This document shows positions 48,307 to 62,463 of a stretch of DNA of 64,000 nucleotides, one piece after another; positions within the stretch are counted from its first letter, which is position 1; each line of letters starts with the position of its first letter. A program made the translations under genes and the position numbers. Source of the DNA: Lytechinus pictus (Eukaryota); the NCBI RefSeq assembly GCF_037042905.1, contig NC_087248.1, positions 4,092,001 to 4,156,000 on the forward strand. Direction: 5' to 3'. The notes below the pieces were generated by a model. The model worked only from the letters and a program-made list of their open reading frames with translations, was not told the origin of the DNA and searched no databases.

Positions 48307-51300
48307 ATGGCTGCCAATACTACCGTCCCACATGCTAGCGTACGCGGCAAATTCAAGGCAAGATATGACCTGCAGAAAATGAGGTTTGAAGTGGAAAGGA
48401 TAAAAACATTTAAAACATGGAGCAAATCATGTCCGATTCGACCTGCACCTCTTGCGAAAGCTGGCTTTTTCTACGTTGGAATATTTGACTTAGTGGAGTG
48501 CTTTTCCTGCAGAGTTCAAGTTGATAAGTGGAAAAAGGGACAAACCGCTAAGGGTCGACATGAAGAGAAGAATTCACTATGTAAGATGGTGAATAATGAG
48601 GAGAAGTTAAATATTACGATTGTAATGTGGAATGAAATGAAGAAGTGCCTTCAGTCAAAAAGTGAAACTGATGGGGAAGTGGTAGTGAATCAATCCGATA
48701 CCAGAAACTTGATCACTCCAGATGATTATGTAGACGCTTACTGTGGAACATCTTTCTCTGGAAGGTTGTCATTAGCTAAATATCCGGAGCATACAGGGGA
48801 ACTAGATAGACTTGACACCTTCCGTGATAAGTGGTCAGACGAATTCAATTTGCCCTCCTCAGCCCTGAGGTGGCTGGCCAACGCTGGATTTTTCAAAGAT
48901 GGTATGATAATAAAATAATAGAATATTAAAAACAGGTTTTTTATTAATAAATGAAATAATTAATGATTATTTGCAATTAATTACTTTCGTTTAATGAATT
49001 ATGGGCGTCACACTAAATTTGAAGGTTTTGGGTTTTTTGCTTTTTTGTTTGTTTTGATTTGTTTGTTACTGTATTTTGGGGGGGTGCCTATAACCTGTCG
49101 CCTCTCCAGCTACTTTAAAAACGTTATACCTTGTTATATTGCTATCACTCCTTTCCCCGCTCAGGGACTACTACTTCTACTTTCCGGAAGCATGTATTAC
49201 AATTACTTTAACTGTTCAACTTTGCAGGTCCTGGTGACAGGGCTAGATGTTTCTATTGCGGTGGTGGTGTTGAATGCTGGGAGGAAGATGATGAACCTTG
49301 GTGTGAGCATGCAAGAAACTTCCCTACATGCACATGGCTTCTTGGCATGAAGGGCGAGGACTTCGTCAATGACGTACAGGTGAGTTATGGATCTCAGTCT
49401 CTATTGATATTTCGTATTCTCAATTTTGATCGATACCATTGGTTCATTTGAACTTTTATGTAATATATTGTTCGCAGCCCATTGGCTGAATTTGTTAGGT
49501 TCTTGATAAAGACGTTCATTATCATTCCCAACTTAAAATGCGTTAAATTAAGTCTATCCCGAATGGTGAATTGTATGTTGCTGGTACATGTATTACATAA
49601 TGTTTTATAGATTTAAAACCCTCATCTTCGTTATTGGTTTATTTTTGTTTTCTGCTTGTTTGCCTTGCTTCTTGGAGTCTACAGTGATATGTATCTTAAT
49701 AGTTAATAGACGATTTTCTTAACTATTGTGGGCAATCTCTCCACAATGTTTGTCCATGTGTTAATTTTATGTGGTCTTCTTCATTTATTGAATGTTTTGA
49801 AAATTACAAATATATAAATTATCTATCCATGATGCATCAAATTTAGAAATAACCTATGACATGTTTCACAGGATTACTTTAAGAAAAAGAAAACACGCGA
49901 GGAAGAGGAAAAGAATTCCGGAGACACTTCAACTGCCTCTTCGCTGAATCACCAGAATGCTCCTGCGTCAGTCCCAAACAAGACAGGTAATGATGCTCAT
50001 GGTAGGAATGTACGATGTTTAGATGTGTTGCCCCAATTCAATATGCACCCTACACATAGTGCTATTAAGTAACAGAGAAAAGTTTGGTTGATGTATAAAA
50101 GGGACATCATTAGAAGGTTGATTTAAATCAAGATTGTTCAAGATTTTATGTATAGTGCACCGTAATTTTATGGTGTTTTAGTGTTAATGCTGATTGTATT
50201 CGGATTAAACATAAAAAATACTTCTAACGCATGAGGTTTGTTAAAAATATACAATTTTTCAGGACAAGTGTCTGCTAATGACTTAGTAAAGATGATGGAC
50301 AGCCCAACCGTGAGAATCATTCTCAAGACTGGATTCGACGCAGCTCTTGTATGCCGCGTCCTCGAGGAGCAACTGCGTCAAACAGGCATCGACTTCTCAT
50401 CTTCAGACAACTTCATCAAGGCTTTAGAGGCAGAAGAGAAGACCAACCCGAAATCTCCAGTGCCCAATATTGAGATGCAGGTGAACAATATTGAATATAT
50501 ATTGCTTTTGTGGTACAGTTATATTGAAAATATGATAATAATAAATATATTGAAAATAAGAGGAAAAGCAAGAATAACCAAATGAAAAACATAACCAAAT
50601 AATGAATAATTTACGTCACTCTTACTCCTAGAAACATGAGTAACAAGCTTGCAAATTACGAAATGTCTCATCAAAAGCAAGAAATGGAAGGAAGACAATG
50701 TCAAGACTGAGGTTTTTTTCATTTAATTACACAGACTCAAAGGCTTGCTGCCATTCAGATAGACGGTAGTCACAGACAGGATCATTCATATAACACTCGG
50801 TCGGATCAAAACGGCTTCGGCACGTCAAGATCTTCAGTTGTTAATCGTGAGTAAAACTTTTTAGGATGGGATGGAGAGTACGGGACGGAAGGTCTATATT
50901 TTTTAAGCTTCTGAATATGACGTTTTATCCATTGCATATTTACTATGCCTACGTAGAATGACTTCGAGATAAAATTAGATTAAAAAACCCTTTAATTGGG
51001 TCTTCTTTTCAGATCATCGCAAGATTTTGACAATCCGGAAACATATCAATTTTCTAACTTAATGAATAGTTCTATCAATAGTTTTAACTGTTATTGTATC
51101 TGTCAGGTGCACCCCTAGGGGTGCAAATTGAACCCTTTTTCATAGTGTGTGGTGATTTATCAGTTAGATAATTATGTAAGACAGCGAAACATTTTGCATT
51201 ATTCAAAATATTATTAAGAGGTTATCTGCTCGAACTTCTTACAACAAAACTCATCTTCTCGACATTGCAGAACCCTTGCCAACCTCACCAAGGACTGGGT

Positions 51301-51476
51301 ATCCACAGACTACTCGGAATGCATCCTGCTTGATCTGTAGGACGCAAGATGTTGCTACCAAATTGCTTCCATGTAACCATGAAGTGGCTTGTCTTCAATG
51401 TACCCGCGTTGCTGTCAAATGCCCATTATGTGGCATTGACATTACCAGCTATCGGCGAATTACTTTTGACGTTTAG
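48307..51476 (+). CDS. Inhibitor of apoptosis protein (BIR-BIR-UBA-RING), 465 aa, 6 coding exons
   Basis: join(48307-48901,49228-49379,49872-49986,50263-50480,50735-50846,51271-51476). GT-AG introns, phases 1,0,1,0,1, 1398 nt open. BIR1 RIKTF..LAKAGFFY..VECFSC..H..C; BIR2 RLDTF..LANAGFF..CFYCGGGVECWEEDDEPWCEHARNFPTC; cIAP/XIAP-type UBA MMDSPTVRIILKTGFDAALV; C-terminal C3HC4 RING CLIC..LLPCNHEVACLQC..CPLC. Confidence 0.93.
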
Positions 51477-54400
51477 TGTCATACGATAGGAAGTTTAAAA
51501 TATATGTCAATATGGGCATGGTAAGGTTTTTGACAGCAGAGTTGAATCAAATTGAAATAGTAATACATGAACATGTAAATAGAGTCTCATTGCATAAAAT
51601 TTCACAGAACGTTGAAAATTGAAAACTATTTGTTACTTCAAGTCATAGAGAACACGGCTATTTGAGCACTGACTTTTGCTGGTCAAGTTAGCGGTCAGTT
51701 TCCATTTCATGATTTTAATTCAACTTCATAGACCTTCATCAGCAAAGTTTGATAAATTATCGAATGTAGATAATCTACTGCCCCTCGTACAAAACCTACT
51801 GCAGTTGAAGTAGAGAGGTTTGATTTGTACACGATCTTTTCTCGTCAATGTCTCGGCCTGCAACCAAGCAAAAATCAAATCCTTAATAAAATCTAAATAT
51901 AACAGAACTACAAATTATTAGGATTTGTTTGAGACAAGCGTATTAAAAACAACTTGATAATGATCACGCGAAATAATTCAGAAACTGATAAAGCATTCGG
52001 GTTATTTGAATTTTGCTACCTTCCATCCATCCACTGGACGTCAAGGCGCAAAAATTTGGTTTAGCAGCTTTAACATCATGATTATGGCGGCTCAAATACA
52101 GCCGAGATAGTCAAAAGTACGTTTGCTTTTATTACAGAATGAAAAAATATTACCAAGTAAACAGGTTGCAAAATATGGCATGAATCTTTTCATAAGTACA
52201 GTAGTTATCCATCCATTAATATATTGTTTGTTTGTTTATCAGATTTTTTTCAATATTTGATAAGCAATTCATATGAGGCCAAAGTCTTGTTATTATCGAT
52301 TTAAGACCGATTTAGGGGTAAGTGTCATGTTTGTCTTCGCATACATGTAGATCATAACGCACCTTTGTATCCAGTATATTTGCTGTAAAATCATATGACA
52401 CCGATCATTAACTTAACAAGCTGCAAATAACAACATGAATATCACGAATGAGTAGACCCGTGACTTCGTTGGTTCATGTATTCTCTTGAATTATGAATAT
52501 AAATGTGACCAAGATTTATGGTGAAAACATTGAAAAGGGGTCATATTTAACGACAGTATTTGCAAAGTATACCACGCATCTTGTACCAGGGGTTACACGC
52601 AACACTTTAGATTAAAAGGCTAACTAACTCACTAATGAACCTGTTCCCTTAATTACTCTCACGTGTTTTATCCACCTTTAAATATTGGATTATTGACAGA
52701 GAATATGGAATGAAAATATTAAATTTTCTTTATGTTTTATATACGGCTCCGTATTTTTTTCGTTTAATACTCTCACTATGTTTTCATCGTATTGCATTAT
52801 ACCATTATCTTGTAATGCGCATGTACAAAGAACACTTTGAAATTGTGGATGCAATTAAATAATTCAAAATAAGATTTTAAGTATCATGCGACAAAGTCCT
52901 TGTACATTCAAGTCTTTCTTTTAGACCTCATGATGTTGAATTACGATGCGTTTTATAAGATTTTGAGGAGAATATAGCTATTTGGATATATTTTTTGAGA
53001 CGTGAGTTATTTATTTCAATTTATGATTTCAATCAGATTAAATGTTCCAACTGATTTTAATTAAATGAAATATTTATCTTCTCGTAAATCAAATTTGAAA
53101 TTCTTGACCGGCATTCATTACAAATCGTCTTAGATTGTTATGTTATTCCATTTAATATCGATTGATTCGCTATCTATTTAATATTGAACTGTTCAAATAA
53201 AAAAGTTAATGAGAAGATAATATAAAAGTAACATAATCAACCCAATAATTATGTTTTAGAAATGACTCACATGCAATCTGATTTTTTTTATCGCTCTGGT
53301 TTTGTGAATAAATGAAATTATATGTACACAAATTTTGATTTCTCCATTATTTTAGATCAACAGGAATTGTATGATTTCTGAGGGATCTAATGAAGACCCA
53401 GCTTAGGTTCATAAAAAAACATTTGTCCATTGTACGGGCTGCGAGAATGCAAGAACATGACCGCAACCAATTAGAGGCGTGCAGCCATACTTCAATGAGC
53501 AAAAATGACATTAGACTAAGGTATTATTCAAAAAGAAGCTAAATCCAAGGAAATTAAAATAATAAAAAAATCTTGTAAAAAATTTTGAAATTAAATTTGA
53601 AAAAAGAAAATATTAAAATTTCAGGTTATAAATATAAGAAATCGAACATTACTGTTTTTTTCTGAAATATAAATAATACTTTCTCTTCATATAATACCAA
53701 TGCCCCGTTAAAATCTCTGGAATACCTACAATAAGAAAGGCAGCAATCGTACAATCCTTTATACCAAACTATTGGAGAACCCCGTAGACTTTAGCCCAAG
53801 ATTTAAGACACAACTCGACAAACTTTATTATATTTGTATCTTTGTACATAGTTCTTATAGTCCTTTGCTTTTTGTATCTGTGTGTATTTACATTTAACAG
53901 GGCCCTCTGGGAGAACAGTGTGGGCCACTGATGAGACTACCCTACATAAACAAGACTTGATGGTGATGATGACGATGATAATAATGATAATGATAATAAC
54001 AATAACAATCCAGGAACAAAGAGTTCCTGGATGATAAAAGCGGGTGTAGACGACGTTAAACTGCATTTTTTGTGTGCAGAGGGAAAACGGGGTAGTAGAA
54101 ACAAATAAAATACAAAAAAGGAGAAAAAACTTTTTGAAATAAAGAGGGTGTGAATAAACGAACGAAATTTAGCATTGTCGCATCAAATATTGTTGTCATG
54201 AGAGTTACGTTTTCGTTGTTTGATTGTTAAAAAGCTCCAGCCAAAACGTTTATCTAGGTGGGTTGGAAAAAATTAGATCATGATCTTGCAGGAAATGAAA
54301 TATTTGACGTAATGCATCAGAAATAGATTTCGCAATGAGTTGGGTTTCCAAATCCTTGTCGTAGGGGTCATCTGTATTCTGATATCAAGTTCTTGTGATC

Positions 54401-56267
54401 CAATCACGACCCTACATTACATCACGTGATATCCAATGTAACGGGCGTCAAATATTTACTTTACGCACGGCCCAGAAATTATATCTATAAACAGATATAT
54501 CGAATCACTCTATACGTTAAGCACTGCGACGCAAATACGCAACAGACATCCATGGTTAAAACGAAGAGACGCTGCAGATTGATAGTAAGTGGCATAATTT
54601 TGATTTTTACCATTTTACATCTAAATGTTATTTATGCTTATATTAATGTGTTGTATTTCAATTTACCATGTTTACAAGAAATACGGTGGAACTAACATAC
54701 TAATAGCATTGGACTGAGTTGGCGCACTAATTGTCTTCCACAATGATATTCCGCACTGCTTTTTTTGCATGTTTCAGTGTGGTCGTGTTTCAATTATGAT
54801 GTTGCGTTAAGCAAAAATATCACTGGTTAACATTTCATGTATACTGAAAAATCTGAAAGATAATTTAAAGAATGAAAGACAGGATATCGATGATAACAGA
54901 TGAAGCTGATATACTATAAGAGGATGTAAACAATAATATAAATATTTAAAAAGAGAAAACTCCTTATAGAGAGAGTTGTGAGAGCTCTTATGAAAATATT
55001 ACAAATAACATATTAATATTTTTATTTTAGATATCGTAAGATTATTTCAGGAATATAAAATGATTTATTATGCGATCAATAATAATGATATTACAAAATA
55101 ATTAAGATTCCTTAAGGATTAATGCGCCGAAATGACAGACAGTCAAGAGTTATCACATATTATCTCATACATGTAGGCTGGGTATTTCCATTGTGACGTC
55201 AAGAAAATTTGCATACAATAGCAATAAATAACGGTGGTCTATAACCAATCAATTCCAAGCTTCATATCGAGCAAACATGTTTACCGTTATCATAAATCAT
55301 ATTTCATGACATCAACAAGGCAAGTCTGCTATGTATCACAGCATGATATTATTTTCACTTTTTCTATTTCATTTAACCAAACGGCAAATACCCAAGGCAG
55401 AAGATGAATATCGACTTTTCAAGCAGAGAAAACCGTAATAAACAAGGTATAATATATTATACATCATAATCTAGCATTTCGTGATTTTCGTCTCGTCTCA
55501 AATGTTTCAAATAATCAACATTGAGACTTGAGAGGTCATACTTATTTTGATGAATATGAAATTCAATATATTTTTTTCTCAAGAAAAGAACATTTCTTAT
55601 TGCTTTAATGATTGCGCACCCGCTTCAAAAGAAATAGTCATGGTGTGGTGCTATTATCATAATTACCATAAAAACCATTACCATTACTTTCATTTAAGTC
55701 GATCTGATATTAACCTATAGTGCATATAAAAATGAGTTGATTGATATATCTAAACGATTTTATTTCACAGCTGTGATATTTTAAAGTATTATGCCTATAT
55801 ACCTGTATATATATTGATATTCCATAATGTGAATTTTATTTAGGAGCTTGAAATTTTGTTATATTTAGAAAAGTAATCGTTTACACATTATTCCTGAAAT
55901 CTAAAAAAATGTCAATGTATTCGTGTTTCCTTATGTTACGGAAAATGAGATTTAAAATTGCGCCAAAAAAACAGAAACCGTACAAAATATGGTATTTTAG
56001 GATCAAAATAAAGCAATGAAGATTAACATTCATTCATTCTGTGTTCAGCAACAAGAAAAGTTTGAATTAATGATCCCAACGCACTACTTGATTCCGCGTT
56101 TAAACGAAGACATCCGTCTTGTATGATAGATACTGAGGAAAATGGATGTCTCCTTTATTCTATTTCCGGGTGAAATTTACAAGTTAAAAGTTATATTATT
56201 CATACACCCATCGCTTTACCGTATTCATTAGTAAACATATTAGTTTTGTTTTAATTTAAACAGCATA

Positions 56268-56603
56268 ATGGGAAGGAAACCGCAATCACAAGAAAGTACG
56301 GATGGGGAACAAGTCGGAGAGGAGGTAAGAATTTTTTTTATACTAATATATTTTATCGTCATCATTAGTAGTATTAATAGTAATATCATTAATATATTTA
56401 CAAATATTATAATTGCAATTATTACTATATCATTATTATTGTGATTGGCATCATTATCGTCATGACTATTCTTTGTTTATTATAAGTGTCATTATTATTA
56501 CTATTATCACAGATTTCGTTATTAATATCGTTATCAATTTTTTTTAATTATCATTTTAGTAGAAGCAGCAGCAGCAATATTAGTAGTAGTAGTATTAATA
56601 GAA

Positions 56604-56639
<36 letters not shown>

Positions 56640-59600
56640 AGTAGTAGTAGTGAGTAGCAGTCATATTATTGTTGCAATTTCTATTAAGTAATCGTCATTC
56701 ACTTTTGATTGTTTTTCAGGCGATGTTGGAGGCCCTGGAATTAGCGGTATTGGCCGTACGAGATGGAAGGATGCAAAAGCACGACTACTATTTCAAGTTC
56801 TGTACTGCTGATTCCAATGAATATGTTAGTCAAATTACAATTTGTCCTAAAATCATCTAATCCTGAAGATTGATACTGAACGATTATTTGAGGAATCGTA
56901 CCTTGTTTTTTATACAGTATATGCCTAGCCTTGTGACGTCATACATAGTTTTTTTTTAGTTTACGTCAATTTAAACTCCTACTGAACGATTATTTGAGGA
57001 ATCGTACCTTGTTTTTTTATACAGTATATGCCTAGCATTGTGAAGTCATATATAGGTTTTTTTTAGTTTACGTCAATTGAAACTCCTGAAATATTAATCG
57101 TATTACATAACTATGATTGATTTCTTTATCAGACCATTTCAATTCTGTGTAGCAATCGTAGTCGCTATATGATTACGATAGTTTCGATTCGAATAGTCGC
57201 ATATTTGTAAAGAATCATTGGTAGTTGGTTGTAATATATCTCTATTTATCTCGAGGAAACATCACTAATCTAAATATGCCATTTTTATTCCTGTTTGAAA
57301 GGCTGGAAACTGTGAAAGGAGATCAAATAGGAGTCGGGAACTCAGTAAAGAGGTTAGTAGATTCCTGGTTTCGGATGTTATTTCTTGCAATATTTTCAGA
57401 AATTGAAAAAGAAAGTTATACAATTGGTTTCAATAGATCAGCTGTAAAATAAATAACAGTTTTCAAAACGTTCGAGAATGTTTATAAGTTGTAAATATCT
57501 AAAGACATATATTTGTGTTTTGTTGAAATATTTTTGAAAAGATGCTGATCACATACATAAACGGGCGTATCATAAAGAAACGGTAGCGGTGTTGTGGCTT
57601 AGTGGATAAGTCTCCAGACTTTAAACTGCAAGGCCAGGGTTCAAATCCCACCACAGCACTCGCAACGCGTTTATCTACATTTGCCACTCTCCACCCAGGT
57701 GTAGGAAATCCTTGAATGCTTGAGGGTCCGATCAGGATAGCCGTGTTAAAAGCCGGGCTAATAGTATGCAGCGTTTAGAGACAAATGTCATTTGATGTCG
57801 CATGCATTATTATCATTATTATCTTTGCTGCATGTTTGGCAGTATGGATCTGTCTGTGTTATTAAAATACCTATATGTTCATTATACAGATGTTTGAGAT
57901 GGTTGAATCAGCATTTGAAGCAGTTGGAAACGGATCTTTAAAAGAAGAAGACTATTACTTTGAACTCACTACACCTTATTGTCAGTACGAAGTAAGTTGT
58001 TAAAATCGCTAATTTACATACATATATCAAGTTACTTCATTTGAATGGAAGTTCATGCCATCTCTTTGTACCATCTAATATTTTTATGTACATACTCGTT
58101 CTCTTAAAAAGCAAATTAAAGTATTATGTAAAAAAAAAAAAAAAAAAAATTGACTTGCAAAGTCTGGTATCTCCCGCCCCTTTTTTTCGCCTCTCTATTT
58201 CTGTCGTCATCACTGAATTCTTTACTTCTCGAAGAGTCTTGAATTGTAAGTGGGAATGGAGCCTTACAACCCCATATATATTTATTTTCAAAAAGACCCC
58301 CAAAGGATATATGATAGAAGGAATAAGGTATTGAGACATATTTTTCATTAAACTATTCGGCACATATCGTACAAATTTACCTCTTGGCTTGTTGAATACA
58401 ACATTTTTAAAGTGAAATAAAGTGTTTAATTGAATGAAAATGATTTTTTCATTGGCAAATTGGATGCAAATATATGTATAACAGTCCAGCTACATTTATT
58501 ATCATTATAATACATGTATTCTTCTTTCTTTCTCAGTCTTTCTTTCTATCTTTCTTCTTCGTCTTATTATTATTATCATTATTAATATTATTATTGTTAT
58601 TATTATTATTATTACTACAATGTTTATTATCTTCGTCCTTTTCATATCAAAACATTGTCCTTTCCAATAGTCAGGCTGCTATCCACATTATGATAAAACT
58701 ACATATTTGGAGGATCCACAAGGGCCTGAGTCATTCAGAATCTGGGTAAGGGTATTTTTTATTGGCAAAATACGAATAACCGAATCAACAGTAAACAATG
58801 AAATATGCATTACATAGCTACGCATCATATAGTCCTGGGTGATTTGAGCGCTCCGTAAGGTATACAAAAAATATAGTTTTGATAGAAAAAACTGAATTAT
58901 AGGAAGCCAAATGTGTATTGCAATCAATTTACCTAAATCAATACTTAAATTCGCTAACCATTGGCTTTATACACATTTCAAATGTATAATGATACCAGAA
59001 AATATTACACTATATTCGCGCGGTACGCCTTCGTCTTGGTCTCATGTCATAGTTTTTAAATAAACCGACTCTATTAATAATTCTCTTGAACTAGTGCACA
59101 TTGTCTTGTCGTAATTTAACCTCTAACGTTTCAATTTCACATTAACCCTACCCTTCACTTTGAAATGAACTAATAATCAATTGTATCATGAGTATGGAAT
59201 ATTATTATTAGTGCTTATAATGATATGCTATTATATTACTTAATATTGTTGCTAAAGATAATCTCTTTTGAATCTAAATGAAAAAAAAAATCATACAAAA
59301 CTCTGGCCTGACCAGTAAAATAATTTTTAGTTAAACCCCCTAAAGGCAAACATCACTAAGGGATAATTGCAAAGTAGATATGACTGTGTATCAGTATTAA
59401 GATATACTTGCTGAAACGTGTATTAAAACAACATCAGGTTCATTGCATGAAATGCTTGGGATTTTCCCTTTGTAATATGAATAACCACAAACACATATAC
59501 CATGATGATTATTATACAGGATTACATCTGTCCAGTTGGGTCGCAGATCAAGGACTTTGTGAAAGATGGATTACCGTATCAGCTTACAGGGAAGATGGTA

Positions 59601-61127
59601 AGGTTATCATATGTAAAATATAAAAACAATATAATCACGATACTGAACATATTAAGATCGGATGTTAACATGTAATTTATGCCATTTTAGATTTGTGCTT
59701 ATTCACAATATAATTTAATGTAAATTCAAAACAAAATAGATATTAAAAAAGAGGTAACTATGTCATACAAAGGTTATTTTTTTTGTATTATGCAATAAAG
59801 TATTATGAAATAATGAAAAATACTTAAAAATATTAATTTTCATATCATATACAAAAGGATTTCAAATTATCATTATACAGAATCGCTTTCATTTATATTA
59901 TTGCATCATGTTTGGCTATAAAACGTCTATGGTTAGCGTTAACATCCAGATTAACTATCCTTTCCCATTTCTACTTATAAAATTCCTCAGAAGTTGGACA
60001 GACCCATGAACGCCATAAGCATCACATTGTCTACATCAAGGTTCTCAATTCGATTGTTTCTGGTACTTTCCGTAATGATGATACACACAACACCATCAAG
60101 TGCCAGGGAGGAACCACCCTTGACACTGACTGCCGGGCAAAGTGGCGTCATTCCGTTTGGGTGCAAGAACAAACAACCGTCTGCGCCTAAATACTACACC
60201 GTCAAGTTCGAGGACAAAGACCGTCCTTTCTACATAGATGGACATTTTTACCCTGAAGGACTGATGTCATCGGACCAAGCTGAACGATTCAACGTGGAAT
60301 ATGTCGAGAACGACAGTGAAATGTCTATAGAAATTAATATAGCCTCTGTCTCTGTCGAAGACGAGGGGACATACATCGCATTACTCATTGTCCAGGGGGA
60401 TACATTTGAGTCTCATACCATGAAAAGAGTTGTCTTTATATTCATTCCTCCCAGCCAGGCGCTTTGCTATATAAGGCTCAGTGGAACTTTACTTACACAA
60501 AACAGGCCTACGATTCATTGCCATTCTAAACGTGGAACTGGTAATTCCACTCTTAGCTGCTTTCAAAAAGGCGACAAAATTCCGTTTTTTTACAATATTG
60601 ACGATGAAGAGGGCTATTCTCAGGTAGTTCACAGACGGAATTTTCTGCTCATGGATATAGACAGCCCAGTCTTTTGTTGTTCTCATGACATAAGCGATAC
60701 TATTACTCAAACGTCATGTAACCAATACAGATTTCCCAACAAATACCCTAACATTAGCACTACTCTCAAACCTCCGAAAATTGCTACAGAAAATGTGCTG
60801 ATAACAAGCTCAATATCCAAAGTAGATAAAAACATTCCGCCGTACACTGAATATCCTTCATATTCTGGATGTGATCATAATAGTAACCGGTCTGCTCTTG
60901 TCATCTCTCTTGCCGTGCTTTTCATTTATGCTTGCATATCGAATCCCCAAAACAACCTCGCAATGAAAATGAAGTTCATGCTTTGTCTCTTTGTATTTTC
61001 TTTCAATTCATTTTTACCAAAAATTACCGATTTAGAAAACAAAGTTCGATGCACGTTTTTAATGTCTGCTTTGATTTTTTTTTTCGGTGGGTTTAATGGG
61101 ATTGCTATTTTTTTTCGAACACTTTAG
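56268..61127 (+). CDS. Paralogue B: multi-exon N-terminal module + internal signal-like segment + V-type Ig domain + 6-Cys domain + extended hydrophobic C-terminus, about 534 aa
   Basis: join(56268-56324,56720-56824,57302-57352,57890-57991,58671-58745,59520-59597,59991-61127). All introns GT-AG, phase 0, in frame with ORF 59994-61127. Ig region strongly similar to A (GLMSxDQxERFNVE, EMSIEINIA, SVEDxGTYIA, ESHxMKR). Probable upstream non-coding exon ends at the donor at 54585. Confidence 0.82.
56874..57088. repeat. Tandem duplication of about 107 bp in a paralogue B intron
   Basis: ACTGAACGATTATTTGAGGAATCGTACCTTG..AAACTCCT occurs twice head to tail (56875 and 56981). Confidence 0.9.
57582..57822 (+). 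mobile_element. tRNA-derived SINE
   Basis: A-box GTGGCTTAGTGG, B-box GGTTCAAATCCC, CCACCCAGGTGTAG body, (ATT)n tail; same family as 61283-61545. Confidence 0.8.
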
Positions 61128-61282
61128 GTAAATTTACATAATAAGGAGATAATAGTTATGGTTCTGCAATGCACGAACAAAATTTGAAATGGAAAAACCG
61201 ATTCATTCATAATATATTATCATTTCAACACAACTATCACACGTCTGTATGATCATGATGATACTTAAGTATAACAATGCTA

Positions 61283-61545
61283 ATAATATGAAACATTTAT
61301 ATAGCGCTTAATAAAAAAAAATCTAAGTGCTGCATATATTACCTCGGCTTTAGCACGGCTACACTGATCGGGCGCTTGAGCATTCAAGGAATTCCTTTCT
61401 ACTGGGAACCCCATTTACTACACCTGGGTGAAGAGTGGCAAATGTAGATGAACGCCTTGCCAAAGGACGCGAGTGTTGCGGTGGGATTTGAACCCCAGAC
61501 ATTGTGGTGCATAGTCTGGAGACTTCTCCATTGAGCCACAACACA
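61283..61545 (-). mobile_element. tRNA-derived SINE
   Basis: Minus-strand GTGGCTCAATGG (A-box), GGTTCAAATCCCACC (B-box), CACCCAGGTGTAGTAAATGGG body. Confidence 0.8.
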
Positions 61546-62194
61546 TATATATACCCATTATCTATATCCAAAGTGTAACTGAATAAAAAATAATAACTCT
61601 ACTGTAGTTACCTATATACCGTTATAAAGAAATATATACATGGACAGTGATAAAGAAAAAATATCTTACCCAAATACTCTGCAATACTAGTATAGCGCTT
61701 GTATCTGCACTTGTACTTTTAGTGTATTTGGTAACTTGTTGTTTTAGCTCTTTGTATATTTTTGAAATTAGGTTTAGTTGGTTTAAAAAGCAAACATCTT
61801 TTGAAATTCAGTTTTACGTTGTAGGCTTTATATTTGTTTATTGAACCCAAATGGCGTTTAGCTGAGATGTACATATCAAGAAAATGTGTTTGTTATATAA
61901 AAAACAAAATATCTGTACATATGATTACATTGACAAGTCACCCAGTATGTAATTTTTATCATAAAACATTGCAATTAGTTGTGTGAGATATTAGGGGGTT
62001 TGCGAATATATATTTTTGTTAATATTATGCAGTTAAAGAATATTGAAAACTGCATTATGAAAGGTTTTGAAATTCAATGAATATTCAATTGCATAGTTTA
62101 TTTTATTTTCCAAAGGATTTTTCATTATCTAAACTTTGTTATTAATAAATTGTCAGTATCTCAACAAATGGTTTATTTTTAAAGAATATACCAG

Positions 62195-62463
62195 GGACCC
62201 GTCTTACAAAGAGTTGCGCGATCGATCCGATCAACCACAACTATGGACGGCCAGGAACATCAAGATCTAAAATGCAAATTGTTCACAATATTTTCTAGAT
62301 AAGTTTTATATTCATTCATTCGTCATTCTCTTGAAGAAAATGGTCTGATCCTCTTTGTTAACTAAAGAGATTGTGCAAATTTCCTGCATGAAAAATGGTA
62401 TTGATGGGTTTCCATACAGTTGAGATTGATTGGATCAATCGCAACTCTTTGTAAGAGAGGACC
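62195..62463. mobile_element. PIF/Harbinger-like MITE
   Basis: Imperfect TIR of about 50 bp (TCTTACAAAGAGTTGCG / CGCAACTCTTTGTAAGA), GG..CC termini, 3-bp CAG on both flanks. Confidence 0.65.

Noticed and set aside
48994-49350. 118-aa membrane-protein-like ORF
   Set aside because: Mostly IAP intron plus an alternative frame of the BIR2 exon.
48307-51476. Assigning BIRC2, BIRC7 or XIAP as gene symbol
   Set aside because: Architecture matches none exactly and orthology needs a phylogeny.
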